Both the position numbers and the translations under genes were made by a program. Below are positions 38,051-47,844 of a stretch of DNA of 64,000 nucleotides, piece after piece. Source of the DNA: Patescibacteria group bacterium UBA2196 (GTDB lineage Bacteria > Patescibacteriota > Patescibacteriia > UBA2196); NCBI GenBank assembly GCA_002328025.1, contig DCVE01000014.1:69882-133881 (forward strand), written 5' to 3'. The notes beneath the pieces were generated by a model. The model did no database searches, was not told the DNA's origin, and saw only the letters and a list, made by a program, of their open reading frames with translations. The first letter of the stretch is position 1. The number at the start of each line of letters is the position of its first letter.

Positions 38051-39049
38051 ATGAAAATTCACTACAAAATTTTTATTGGTGTGCTAATTATTTTTACTAT
38101 TTTTTTAATAATAGCCAATTTTAATTTTGGTTCTGATAATAAAATAATTTGGGGTGCTACATTTTCTAAACTGCAAGCCGAAGAATTGGGCATAAACTGG
38201 GTAATTGCCTATGGCGCCATGATTGATGAATTAAATTTAAAAACTGTCCGTTTGCCAGTCTATTGGCCGGATGTAGAAAAAAGCCCAGGAGTTTTTGATT
38301 TTTCAGCCTATGATTGGATGATTGAAAAGGCTTTAAAAAATGATGTTGAAATAGTGCCGGTATTGGGTCGGCGCGTGCCGCGTTGGCCAGAATGTCATAC
38401 GCCAGAGATGTATAAAAATCTAACCGCAGATGAAATAAAAATAAAAATTTTCGCTTTGCTTAAAGCTGAGGTGGAACATTTTAAAAAATATTCCAATATC
38501 AAAAAATGGCAGCTTGATAATGAACCGTTTGCCGATTTTTTTGGTCAGTGTCCTTTGGGCGAAGAAAGCTTGGTACGCGAAGAAGTGGCCTTGGTGCGTT
38601 CGCTTGATAAGCGTCCAGTTATGATTACCGAATCTGGTGAACTTTCCTTATGGTTTAAAGGTGCAAAAATTGGTGATTTTTTAGGTGTTTCCATGTATCG
38701 ACAAACTTGGAATAAAAGGTGGGGCTGGTTTAACTATCCTTTGCCACCAGCTTTTTATTATTTTAAAGCCAAAATAGTAAAACTTTTTACACCCGTTAAA
38801 AAAATTATCAACACTGAGCTGCAAGTGGAGCCCTGGGCCATTGATAATAATTTAACAAAGATGGACTTATTTGATCAATTTTATTCCATGGATTTAGCTC
38901 AAGTAAAAAGCAATGTCAAGTTTGCCCGCTCTGCTGGATTGGATGAAATTTATCTTTGGGGTGTGGAATGGTGGTGGTGGTTGGGTGAAAAAAAGGGGGA
39001 TTGGAGTTTTTGGGAATATGGTAAAACAATAAGTTCAGATAATTTTTAA
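38051..39049 (+). CDS. membrane-anchored clan GH-A-like glycoside hydrolase
   Basis: N-terminal TM; VRLPVYWPDVE..PGVFDF, WQLDNEP, NTELQ, LWG. Confidence 0.75.
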   Translation: MKIHYKIFIGVLIIFTIFLIIANFNFGSDNKIIWGATFSKLQAEELGINWVIAYGAMIDELNLKTVRLPVYWPDVEKSPGVFDFSAYDWMIEKALKNDVEIVPVLGRRVPRWPECHTPEMYKNLTADEIKIKIFALLKAEVEHFKKYSNIKKWQLDNEPFADFFGQCPLGEESLVREEVALVRSLDKRPVMITESGELSLWFKGAKIGDFLGVSMYRQTWNKRWGWFNYPLPPAFYYFKAKIVKLFTPVKKIINTELQVEPWAIDNNLTKMDLFDQFYSMDLAQVKSNVKFARSAGLDEIYLWGVEWWWWLGEKKGDWSFWEYGKTISSDNF

Positions 39050-39091
39050 TTAAATAGATAAAATAATTACATAATACGGGACAAAAATAAA

Positions 39092-39119
39092 ACACCCCCG
39101 AAAAGATTGATGGGGGTGT
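39092..39119 (-). terminator. terminator between convergent genes
   Basis: ACACCCCC / GGGGGTGT with A-run on the left. Confidence 0.65.
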
Positions 39120-39156
39120 CGTTGTTTTATGGTTAGAACGGAACGGGTAGTTGTAG

Positions 39157-39552
39157 CTACATCATTGGGTTTGCCCAGCCAGTGATTTCAACCTTCCAGC
39201 CGTGTAGTTCTATAACGACTGGAAACTTCTTTTGAAAACCCTCGGGCGTGGTGTAAGCAAAGTAATTGCTATACACCTCCAATATCACCAGACTCTCTGT
39301 GAGCCGGTGGACGTTGGCATAGTCACGGGCCACCAGATGCCCGTTTTTCAAAATATTCACCATACCGCTGCCGTCACAACAGGCGGTGACTGGCACAGGG
39401 ACCTCCATGGTGATGTACCACCCTATATTAACGTGGAGACTGAGCTCATTGAACCCAGCCTTAGTAATCGGGGTGGTGGCAGTGGTTTGGGCATTGGGGG
39501 CGGCCACGAATAGAGCCAGCAGCAGAACACACAACAATGCGAATTTTTTCAT
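39157..39552 (-). CDS. secreted hypothetical protein
   Basis: Signal peptide MKKFALLCVLLLALFVAAPNA; GGAGG SD 5 nt upstream; own terminator. Confidence 0.75.
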   Translation of the reverse strand: MKKFALLCVLLLALFVAAPNAQTTATTPITKAGFNELSLHVNIGWYITMEVPVPVTACCDGSGMVNILKNGHLVARDYANVHRLTESLVILEVYSNYFAYTTPEGFQKKFPVVIELHGWKVEITGWANPMM

Positions 39553-39766
39553 GACATCCTCCGAACAAATAGATTATGCAACGATTCCACGAATTATCTT
39601 TAGAATAACAGAGAGAGAGATTTGTCAAGAGTAGTTGGTAATGTGCACACACAATTGAGATTTTGTGTAAAATTAGATAAATTTTGGATATTGGTGATGT
39701 TTTAAAAACACATAAAACTAGTTTGTTTTTTTTAATAAATTAAGGTAAAATTTAAAGGTAAATTAA

Positions 39767-39840
39767 CGGGATATAGCGCAGTTGGCTAGCGCGCGTCGTT
39801 CGGGACGACGAGGTCGCCGGTTCGAGTCCGGCTATCCCGA
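39767..39840 (+). tRNA. tRNA-Pro (anticodon CGG), CCA not encoded
   Basis: Acceptor CGGGATA/TATCCCG, D stem GCGC/GCGC, anticodon arm CGTCG-TTCGGGA-CGACG, T arm GCCGG-TTCGAGT-CCGGC. Confidence 0.97.
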
Positions 39841-39910
39841 TAAAACTGTTTAATATAATTAATCTTGCTAAAAATATTTTTTAAATTTTTTGGCAAGAAC
39901 AAAGATACAT

Positions 39911-40048
39911 ATGGAAGATGAACAAAAAAAATGCACAGCCTGTGGTACCATAATTACTGACGAAACAAAATGCACCTGTAGTGAAAACTTGTGCGCTGGT
40001 TGTTGCACTTGTGACCCAGATTGCGCTTGTGGTTGTCAGGATAAATAG
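39911..40048 (+). CDS. 45-aa Cys-rich metallothionein-like protein (below ORF-track cutoff)
   Basis: MEDEQKKCTACGTIITDETKCTCSENLCAGCCTCDPDCACGCQDK*: 11 Cys, no aromatic residues; stop 6 bp before the rarA start. Confidence 0.8.
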   Translation: MEDEQKKCTACGTIITDETKCTCSENLCAGCCTCDPDCACGCQDK

Positions 40049-40054
40049 ATTTCT

Positions 40055-41311
40055 ATGGATCTTTTTGACGAACACTATCAAAAAGACTTAGCCGCAAAAG
40101 CGCCGCTGGCCGATCGTCTTCGTCCAGCGGCGCTAGTTGATTATGTGGGTCAAGAGGAAATTGTCGGTCCAGGTTCTTTGTTGCGGCAAGCCATAGAAAA
40201 CGACGAATTACCATCCATGATTTTGTGGGGCCCGCCCGGCAGCGGCAAAACCACCCTGGCGCGTATCATTGCTCAATTTACCAACTCTTTTTTTGTAGAA
40301 ATTTCTGCTGTTACTTCTGGTGTTAAAGATTTGCGCGAAATAATTACTCAAGCAACTAATAAACGTAAACTTAATAATCAACGCACCATTCTTTTTGTTG
40401 ATGAAATCCATCGCTGGAACAAGGCTCAGCAAGATGGGCTTTTGCCCTTGGTAGAGAAGGGAATTATTACTTTAATTGGCGCCACCACTGAAAACCCATC
40501 TTTTGAAGTCATTGCACCTTTATTATCACGCTCACGAGTATATGTATTAAAGCCACTATCAATACCCAATCTGCAAACAATTATTAAACGGGCTTTAAGT
40601 AATTCAGAAAAAGGATTGGCCGAGTATCAAGCACAGTTGGATCCGCAAGCTGAAGTATTTTTATTGCAATCCAGTAATGGTGATGCGCGTGTTATTTTAA
40701 ATGCTTTAGAAATTGCTGTTAAAAATACCAACCCCAATTCTCAAGGAAAAAGACTAGTTAATAAAAAAATAATCGCTGAAGCATTACAGCAGCAAACCAT
40801 GCTCTATGACCGTGCGGGCGAAGAACACTACAATATTATTTCTGCTTTACATAAATCCATGCGCGGCAATAATCCGCACGCAGCTGTTTATTGGTTAGCT
40901 AGAATGTTAGAAGCTGGGGAAGATCCATTATATATCGCACGGCGTTTGGTGCGTTTTGCTGCCGAAGATGTGGGATTGGCTGACAATTTTGCTGTCGTTT
41001 TAGCCAACGCTATTTTTGATGCTTGTCATAAACTGGGTATGCCAGAATGTAATGTTCATCTCACTCAGTTGGTTATTTATTTAGCACAAGCTAAAAAAAG
41101 CATCACAACTTATCAAGCTTATGGCGCTGCACAAAAGGACGTCAAAGAATTAGGCTATTTGCCCGTGCCACTGCATTTGCGCAATGCTCCAACCAAACTA
41201 ATGAAAGACCTAAATTACGGTAAAGATTATAAATATACCCCCCTGGAAAATTCACCAGACCAAGAGTATTTCCCAGAAGAATTAAAGGGTAGAAAATATT
41301 ACAGTGAATAA
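40055..41311 (+). CDS. rarA: replication-associated recombination protein A
   Basis: PLADRLRP, WGPPGSGKTT, DEIHR, GATTENP, ISALHKSMRG, VPLHLRNAPT. Confidence 0.96.
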   Translation: MDLFDEHYQKDLAAKAPLADRLRPAALVDYVGQEEIVGPGSLLRQAIENDELPSMILWGPPGSGKTTLARIIAQFTNSFFVEISAVTSGVKDLREIITQATNKRKLNNQRTILFVDEIHRWNKAQQDGLLPLVEKGIITLIGATTENPSFEVIAPLLSRSRVYVLKPLSIPNLQTIIKRALSNSEKGLAEYQAQLDPQAEVFLLQSSNGDARVILNALEIAVKNTNPNSQGKRLVNKKIIAEALQQQTMLYDRAGEEHYNIISALHKSMRGNNPHAAVYWLARMLEAGEDPLYIARRLVRFAAEDVGLADNFAVVLANAIFDACHKLGMPECNVHLTQLVIYLAQAKKSITTYQAYGAAQKDVKELGYLPVPLHLRNAPTKLMKDLNYGKDYKYTPLENSPDQEYFPEELKGRKYYSE

Positions 41312-41382
41312 TTTTTGAATTAAAAGGACAATATTAAGGGATAAAATGGCTTTAAAAGGCTGTTTTTTGTTTCTACAACCCA

Positions 41383-41426
41383 TGTGGATAAGTATCATTG
41401 ACATAATTAGCTATATGTGATATTAT
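41383..41426 (+). promoter_or_regulatory. DnaA box followed by sigma70-type promoter
   Basis: TGTGGATAA 41383-41391; TTGACA 41398-41403, 17 bp, TGn-TATTAT. Confidence 0.6.
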
Positions 41427-41466
41427 TTTATATTACTAATTATAAATAATAATAATTCATTAGCAT

Positions 41467-42675
41467 ATGTTAAAAATCGCTTATATTGGTCAAAAAGGTA
41501 TTCTTAACCCTTCTGGTGGAGGTGTAGAAACTCATGTGGAAGAACTTAGCGTACGTATGGCTAAGAAGGGTTTTGATGTCTTTTTATATACTCGACCGCA
41601 CTACACACCCAAAGAATACAAAAAATATGAAGGCGTTAATTTAATTAGCTTACCTTCTATATACACCAAACACCTGGACGCTGGTTCGCATACTTTTTTA
41701 GCTATTTTGCATGCTATAAAAAATAAAGTTGATATAATTCATATTCACGGTATTGGACCGGCTTGGCTTTGTTTTATTCCCAGAATAATTGCTCCCAAAA
41801 TTAAAGTTATAGTCACTGCTCACAGTGAAGATTGGGAACATAAAAAATGGGGTGTTTTTGCTCAGTTTATGCTTAAGTTTGGCGCGCTGATGTCGGCTGT
41901 TTTTGCCCACGAAGTTATTACTGTTTCCAAAAAATTGCAAAAAAGATATCTAACATTATATAAACGTTCCATAACTTTAATTCCCAACGGTGTGACTACG
42001 CGTCAAAACAGCGATATAGATGATCGTTTAATTAAACAATTCAATTTAACCAGAGAAAAATATATTTTGACAGTTTCGCGTCTGGTGAGACACAAGGGTA
42101 TCCACTATTTAGTTGAGGCTTTTAAAAAAGTTAAACTTAATCCCGAATTTGCTGATTTTAAATTAGTCATTGTTGGTCAAACCTCTTTTACAGATGATTA
42201 TTACGAATTTTTAAAAAGTTTAGTTAATGGTCGCAATGACATAATTTTTACCGGTGGCCAACGTGGTGAAATGTTGGAACAATTGTATACTCATAGCTAC
42301 ATGTATGTTTCTCCATCTCAATCTGAGGGCCTTTCCATCTCTCTTTTGGAAGCTATGGCTTATGCTAAACCAGTTTTAGTATCTGATATCTCAGCCAATG
42401 CTGATTTGGTGGCTGGTGATGCTAGTTTGGGTGGGGTGGGTTTTATTTTTCGCAACACGGATATTAATGATTTAACTTATAAAATGGTTTTACTTTTAAC
42501 GCACGCACAGGTGGCTAGAAAGGTTGGCAAGAAAGCTAGAAGTTATGTTAAAACTTATTATAATTGGGAAGATGTTGTGGATAGAATTACCAAGATTTAC
42601 AAAAGCTTGGTTTTAATTAAAGATAAAACCAAAAAGATAAAATCCGTCAGTTCTGAAAAGGTAGCCTGGGCTTAA
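41467..42675 (+). CDS. glycosyltransferase family 4
   Basis: GGVETHV, IPNGV, RLVRHKG, SEGLSISLLEAMA (EX7E). Confidence 0.92.
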   Translation: MLKIAYIGQKGILNPSGGGVETHVEELSVRMAKKGFDVFLYTRPHYTPKEYKKYEGVNLISLPSIYTKHLDAGSHTFLAILHAIKNKVDIIHIHGIGPAWLCFIPRIIAPKIKVIVTAHSEDWEHKKWGVFAQFMLKFGALMSAVFAHEVITVSKKLQKRYLTLYKRSITLIPNGVTTRQNSDIDDRLIKQFNLTREKYILTVSRLVRHKGIHYLVEAFKKVKLNPEFADFKLVIVGQTSFTDDYYEFLKSLVNGRNDIIFTGGQRGEMLEQLYTHSYMYVSPSQSEGLSISLLEAMAYAKPVLVSDISANADLVAGDASLGGVGFIFRNTDINDLTYKMVLLLTHAQVARKVGKKARSYVKTYYNWEDVVDRITKIYKSLVLIKDKTKKIKSVSSEKVAWA

Positions 42676-42697
42676 TGTATTAATTTGTATTTTTTCT

Positions 42698-42733
42698 AAA
42701 AAATAACCACTTATTTTATGTGGTTATTTTTTT
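42698..42733 (+). terminator. intrinsic terminator
   Basis: AAAAAATAACCAC / GTGGTTATTTTTT. Confidence 0.7.
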
Positions 42734-42798
42734 ATTTTATATTAGACAAAAAAGTATCTTAGTGCTAAACTTTAGGTACTAAAATAGTCATTATTATT

Positions 42799-43839
42799 AT
42801 GTTTAAAGCTGTTTTTGTTAAGTTTTCACACGATCTAGGAATTGATTTAGGCACTACTAATACCCTGGTTTATGTGCGTGGTAAAGGCATTATTATTAAT
42901 CAACCCTCAGTGGTTGCCATTAACACTAAAACAGATAGAATTTTAGCGGTTGGTGATGAGGCTAGAAAAATGTTAGGTAAAACCCCACCGCACATCATTG
43001 TTTCCAAACCCCTGGTTAATGGAATTATTTCTGATTTTGAAGTAACAGAAAAGATGCTCAAATATTTTATTGATCAGGTGCATCGCCAAGCCTATAGTGT
43101 TTTATCACGCCCCCGTGTAGTAATAGGTATTCCGCTTGAAATTACCGAAGTTGAAAAAAAAGCTGTTGAAGATGCGGCACTTTCAGCTGGAGCCAGAGAG
43201 GTTTTTTTAGTCGAAGAGCCAATGGCGGCTGCCATTGGCGCTCGTTTGCCCATTCAAGAGGCCGTGGGGAATATGGTGGTTGATATTGGTGGCGGCACCA
43301 CACAAATTGCCGTCATGTCTTTGGGTGGGGTAGTCGCCAGCAAGTCTTTACCCATTGGTGGTGATGAGTTTAATGTTGATATTATTCAATATGTGCGCGA
43401 TAAGTTTAATTTATACATCGGTGAGATGACGGCTGAAGAAATAAAAATTAAAATTGGCTCGGTAATTTATGAAGATCGTGGTTTAGAAATGGAAGTTCGG
43501 GGTCGCGACGTACTTTCTGGCTTGCCACGTATCAATAAAATTTCCAGTGCTCATATTCGTGAAGCTATTTTTAAACCCATTCGTACAATTATTGAAAACA
43601 TCAAATACACAGTCGAAAACACACCCCCAGAATTGGTTTCGGAAATCTATGAGCGGGGTATTCTTTTAACTGGCGGTGGAGCTCTTTTTCGCGGGTTACC
43701 AGATTTAATTAAAGAAGAAACAAAAATTCCAACCCAAGTTTTGGATGATCCCCTAACTTCAGTGGTGCGTGGCGCTGGAATTATTTTGGAAGATCTTGAG
43801 GGTTTATCCAATATTTTGGTACCCACAATGAAGGATTAA
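42799..43839 (+). CDS. mreB: rod shape-determining protein MreB
   Basis: [34 protein letters not shown]. Confidence 0.97.
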   Translation: MFKAVFVKFSHDLGIDLGTTNTLVYVRGKGIIINQPSVVAINTKTDRILAVGDEARKMLGKTPPHIIVSKPLVNGIISDFEVTEKMLKYFIDQVHRQAYSVLSRPRVVIGIPLEITEVEKKAVEDAALSAGAREVFLVEEPMAAAIGARLPIQEAVGNMVVDIGGGTTQIAVMSLGGVVASKSLPIGGDEFNVDIIQYVRDKFNLYIGEMTAEEIKIKIGSVIYEDRGLEMEVRGRDVLSGLPRINKISSAHIREAIFKPIRTIIENIKYTVENTPPELVSEIYERGILLTGGGALFRGLPDLIKEETKIPTQVLDDPLTSVVRGAGIILEDLEGLSNILVPTMKD

Positions 43840-43842
43840 AAT

Positions 43843-44640
43843 ATGGCTCAAAAGTTTTATAAAAAAAGTTTTTTCTTTTTGGTGGTAATATTTTTTTTTA
43901 TCCTGTTGTATTATATTGGGTTATTTAAACCGCTCAGAACCACCACTGGTCAAATTTTAAAACATCCTTTAAGTTGGTCCTATTCGGTTGGTCGGCGAGT
44001 TTCTTCTTTTTTTGATATTTTTAAGAATAATTCCTCTTTAATTAAAAACAACCAAGCATTGAGTGATAAGTTGGTTATTTTAGAACAAGAAAATATTGAC
44101 TTAAAAAAAATTATTGAGCAAAAATACGTTAGTGATGAGGAGTTGGCATATTTGAGTCAACAAAATATTAAAGCTGTGACTGCCAAAATTATTTCTCGGG
44201 GTATATCTGGTAATATTAACACCATAATTATAAACAGAGGCCAAGCTGATGGTTTGCAAGCGGGGATGGTAATCACAGCAAAAAATGGCTTGGTTTTAGG
44301 TAAAATAATAAAAGTTGAAGATAAGCTGGCACATGTATTACTTCTAACCGATTCAAATTCGCGTCTCAGCGCGGCCAGTAATAGTGATAAAACATTGGTT
44401 GGTATAATCCGTGGTAATTTTGATTTAAGTTTAAAATTAGAATACATTTTAAGGGATAAAAACATTGCAGTCAATGATTTAATCATCACTTCTGGCCAAG
44501 AAGAATTGGTTCCATCTGGTCTTATTATTGGTACTGTGGATGAGATTTTTGAAGATTCTCGTGAACTTTTTAAAACAGCACGTATTGTGCAACCGGAAAC
44601 TATTTCTAATATTGATATTGTGAATGTAATTGTGCCTTAA
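43843..44640 (+). CDS. mreC: rod shape-determining protein MreC
   Basis: TM, coiled coil, IINRG..DG, LLTD, ITSG..P.GL.IG; follows mreB. Confidence 0.9.
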   Translation: MAQKFYKKSFFFLVVIFFFILLYYIGLFKPLRTTTGQILKHPLSWSYSVGRRVSSFFDIFKNNSSLIKNNQALSDKLVILEQENIDLKKIIEQKYVSDEELAYLSQQNIKAVTAKIISRGISGNINTIIINRGQADGLQAGMVITAKNGLVLGKIIKVEDKLAHVLLLTDSNSRLSAASNSDKTLVGIIRGNFDLSLKLEYILRDKNIAVNDLIITSGQEELVPSGLIIGTVDEIFEDSRELFKTARIVQPETISNIDIVNVIVP

Positions 44641-44645
44641 AAACT

Positions 44646-45152
44646 ATGTTTAAAAAAATATTTATTAACATTATTTTAATTTTAATTGTTTATTTTTTTT
44701 GTGTTTCTTTTTTATCATCTTTTTGGCCGTTCACTAACTTGTTTTTACCGCTATTGGTTTTTGTGTTAATGTTTTTTGAAAATCGTTTAGCCATACTGTG
44801 GTCATGCGGAGCTGGATTTTTATTAGACGTGATTTCACCCCTTCCGTTTGGTTCATATTTGTTATTTTTTTGTTTAATTTATTTAATTTTAAAATATCTA
44901 AATCAAAATTTTTTTACCAATCAGTCTCTGAATACTTTTTTTGTCCTTACTCTAGTGGGTAATACTTTTTTATTATTTTTTTTATTTTTAGAAAAAAATA
45001 TTTTAGCGCTTTTCGATAATAATTTTTTTATTGTTTTTTATTTTTGGCAAATAGCCATGCAACTAGTTTTAAATTTTTTAGTTTGTATCATCTTATTTTT
45101 TACTCTTCGTTTTTTTACCAATCGCTTACGTCTCGATTTATTACCGCGTTAA
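44646..45152 (+). CDS. mreD: probable MreD
   Basis: Highly hydrophobic, GFLLD...PFG motif, follows mreC. Confidence 0.7.
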   Translation: MFKKIFINIILILIVYFFCVSFLSSFWPFTNLFLPLLVFVLMFFENRLAILWSCGAGFLLDVISPLPFGSYLLFFCLIYLILKYLNQNFFTNQSLNTFFVLTLVGNTFLLFFLFLEKNILALFDNNFFIVFYFWQIAMQLVLNFLVCIILFFTLRFFTNRLRLDLLPR

Positions 45153-45155
45153 TCT

Positions 45156-46253
45156 ATGTTGAATAAACAACAAAAAATTTTAGTTGCTATGTCTGGCGGA
45201 GTTGATTCGGCTGTTGCTGCCGCACTACTAAAACAACAAGGCTTTGACGTTACGGGTGTTTTTATGATTAATTGGCATGAAAAAAACGAATTAATACCAA
45301 TCGGCACTTGCGCATGGGAACAAGATCAGGCTGATGTCCGTCGAGTGGCTGAAATTTTGGGTATCAAGATTTATACCTGGGATTTTAGTGTGGCCTATCA
45401 AAAATATATTTTCTCATATTTCTTGCAGGCTTATGAGCAAGGATTAACTCCCAATCCAGATACTTTATGCAATAAATATATTAAATTTGGTTTATTTTTA
45501 GAACAAGCCAAACAATTGGGTTTTGATAAAATTGCCACCGGACATTATGCCAAAATAATTAAAAAAAACGACTACAAACTAATAACTGCTAAAGACAAAA
45601 ATAAAGATCAAACCTATTTTCTTTATGAATTGGGCCAAAAAGAATTAGCCCAAGTTATGTTTCCACTAGCTGATTTAAAAAAAGAAAAAGTTCGTCGCTT
45701 AGCACGGAATTTAAATTTGCCGGTGTGTTATAAAAAAGATAGTTATGGTATTTGTTATATTGGTGAAAAAAAAATGAAAGATTTTTTAGCCCCATTTATT
45801 AAAGAAAATCCAGGTGAGATTGTCGATGAAAACAACCATCTTTTAGGCCAGCATACTGGTTTGTTTAATTATACTCTGGGCCAACGGCAGGGCATCGGTG
45901 TTGGTGGTGGTAGGGGTCCATTTTTTGTCTTAAAAAAGGACCAACTAAATAATCGTTTGATAGTTACTAATAATACTCACCACCCCGATTTTTATACTTG
46001 TCATATTAAACTTAAGCAGGTAAACTGGATAATCGGTTTTCAACCAACTTTACCTTTAAGGTGTTGGGGACGTTTTCGTCATTTACAGAGCTTGTTCCCC
46101 TTAACTATAGAGGAAAATAAAAACGCAAACTTGGTGGTTAAATTCAAACAACCACAAAAGGCTGTCGCAAGTGGGCAGGTTTTGGTTTTTTATCAACCAC
46201 TCAATCTGTGGCGCAGAAATTATCAGGTTATGGGTGGTGGCATAATAGCCTGA
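45156..46253 (+). CDS. mnmA: tRNA 2-thiouridylase
   Basis: AMSGGVDS, TPNPD..CN..IKF, ATGHYA, KDQTYFL, GICYIG. Confidence 0.96.
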   Translation: MLNKQQKILVAMSGGVDSAVAAALLKQQGFDVTGVFMINWHEKNELIPIGTCAWEQDQADVRRVAEILGIKIYTWDFSVAYQKYIFSYFLQAYEQGLTPNPDTLCNKYIKFGLFLEQAKQLGFDKIATGHYAKIIKKNDYKLITAKDKNKDQTYFLYELGQKELAQVMFPLADLKKEKVRRLARNLNLPVCYKKDSYGICYIGEKKMKDFLAPFIKENPGEIVDENNHLLGQHTGLFNYTLGQRQGIGVGGGRGPFFVLKKDQLNNRLIVTNNTHHPDFYTCHIKLKQVNWIIGFQPTLPLRCWGRFRHLQSLFPLTIEENKNANLVVKFKQPQKAVASGQVLVFYQPLNLWRRNYQVMGGGIIA

Positions 46254-46283
46254 CCGTGTGATTGATATTATAAATTTATTACT

Positions 46284-47789
46284 ATGTTAACAACGACAAA
46301 ATATCGTCTCTTAGAGATTATTCCTGGCGCAACATTGTGGCTAAGTTTTTTATTAGTTATTAGTTTGTCTTTTGTCAAGCCTTTGTGGATTATCTATTTT
46401 ATCTTGGTTTATGATTTGTATTGGTTTATTAGGATTGCCTATTTTGTGCTCTATTTGTTTATTTCTCTAAGACGTTATCGCGCGGTTAATAAAATTAACT
46501 GGCTGGATGAAGTAAAAAAAATTGGTAATTATGAAAAATATTATCATGTAGTTATTATGGCTACTTACAGAGAAAATTATAAAGTTTTACATACCACCAT
46601 GCAGGGTTTGGTTAATTCAAATTATGATACCAAAAAATTAATAATTATTTTTACTAGAGAATGTGGGCAACGTGCCGGGCAGGCTTTTGAAGAAGAATTT
46701 CATCAATCAATGCGCAAGATAAAACAAGAATTTGATGGCAAATTTTATAATATTTTAGGCTATATTCATCCTTTACCTCCTCCAGATGAATTACAAGGAA
46801 AGGGTTCTAACTGCACTTGGGCTATGAAAAAATTTAAAGCAGAAGTGGTTGATGCAGAAAATATTCCTGTAGAAGATATCGTTGTTTCCAATTTTGATTC
46901 AGATACTTATATTTATCCACAATATTTTGCCAGATTAACCTATCTTTGGCTAACCGCGGATAATCCCCATAAACATTCCTATCAACCATTAACTTTATAC
47001 AATAATAATATTTGGGATGCGCCGTCTTTTGCCAGGGTTGTGGCTAGCTCTACCACCTTTTGGCTTATGGCTGATAAAGCCAGGCCTGAAAGGTTGTTTA
47101 CATTTTCTTCCCACTCCATGAGTTTTAAAACTTTAATAGAGGTTGGCTATTGGGAAACAAATATTGTAACAGAAGATTCACGGATTTTTTTACAGTGTTT
47201 TGTGCATTTTAATGGTGATTATTCCACCATTCCTATGCACGTGCCAATTTCTATGGATACAGTTATGGGCGAAACTTTGTGGCAGACAATAAAGGGACAA
47301 TATAAACAAATGCGCCGTTGGGCTTGGTCAGTAGAACATTTTCCTTGGATGATCACTAGATTTTTTAATAATAAAAACATTCCTTGGTTAAAAAAATTTA
47401 GATATTTATTTAATCAAACTGAGGGGCAATTTTCTTGGGCGACCGGTCCAATATTTATGTTAGTTTTGGGACGCCTGCCTTTGTATGTTGCTTCATATAG
47501 ACACATGGAAAGTGCTTTAGTACAAAACGCGCCTTTTATTATGGAATTTATTATGGTCCTAGCTATGGCGGGCGTGGTTTTTTCCGCGGTTATTAATGTT
47601 TTTTTTCTACCAGACAGACCGGCAAAATATAAAAAAATAAAATGGCTAGCCATGATTTTGCAATGGTTCCTTCTACCTATAACCATGATTGCTTTTGGCT
47701 CTATTCCAGCCACCGATGCTCAAACTCGTTTAATGTTGGGTGGTAAATTTAGATTGGGGTTTGATGTTACTCAAAAACACAGAAGATAA
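46284..47789 (+). CDS. membrane-embedded GT2-like (processive-type) glycosyltransferase
   Basis: N- and C-terminal TMs; DSD, TED and QMRRW (QxxRW) motifs. Confidence 0.85.
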   Translation: MLTTTKYRLLEIIPGATLWLSFLLVISLSFVKPLWIIYFILVYDLYWFIRIAYFVLYLFISLRRYRAVNKINWLDEVKKIGNYEKYYHVVIMATYRENYKVLHTTMQGLVNSNYDTKKLIIIFTRECGQRAGQAFEEEFHQSMRKIKQEFDGKFYNILGYIHPLPPPDELQGKGSNCTWAMKKFKAEVVDAENIPVEDIVVSNFDSDTYIYPQYFARLTYLWLTADNPHKHSYQPLTLYNNNIWDAPSFARVVASSTTFWLMADKARPERLFTFSSHSMSFKTLIEVGYWETNIVTEDSRIFLQCFVHFNGDYSTIPMHVPISMDTVMGETLWQTIKGQYKQMRRWAWSVEHFPWMITRFFNNKNIPWLKKFRYLFNQTEGQFSWATGPIFMLVLGRLPLYVASYRHMESALVQNAPFIMEFIMVLAMAGVVFSAVINVFFLPDRPAKYKKIKWLAMILQWFLLPITMIAFGSIPATDAQTRLMLGGKFRLGFDVTQKHRR

Positions 47790-47844
47790 AAAATAAAACT
47801 TGAATTTAAAGTAAAAAAGAGCTAGAATTATAATTAATAAAACA

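Noticed and set aside
39232-39652. Alternative ORFs over the secreted orphan
   Set aside because: No SD or signal features; explained by higher GC giving fewer stops.
39767-39840. tRNA-Pro as an integration site
   Set aside because: No integrase nearby and I saw no duplicated tRNA 3' end; an exact search was not possible.
39881-40081. 66-aa minus-strand ORF in the track
   Set aside because: Antisense to the Cys-rich gene and overlaps the rarA start; the plus-strand ORF fits the spacer better.
33045-45152. mrdA and rodA separated from mreBCD
   Set aside because: Ordinary gene-order shuffling; all components appear intact.
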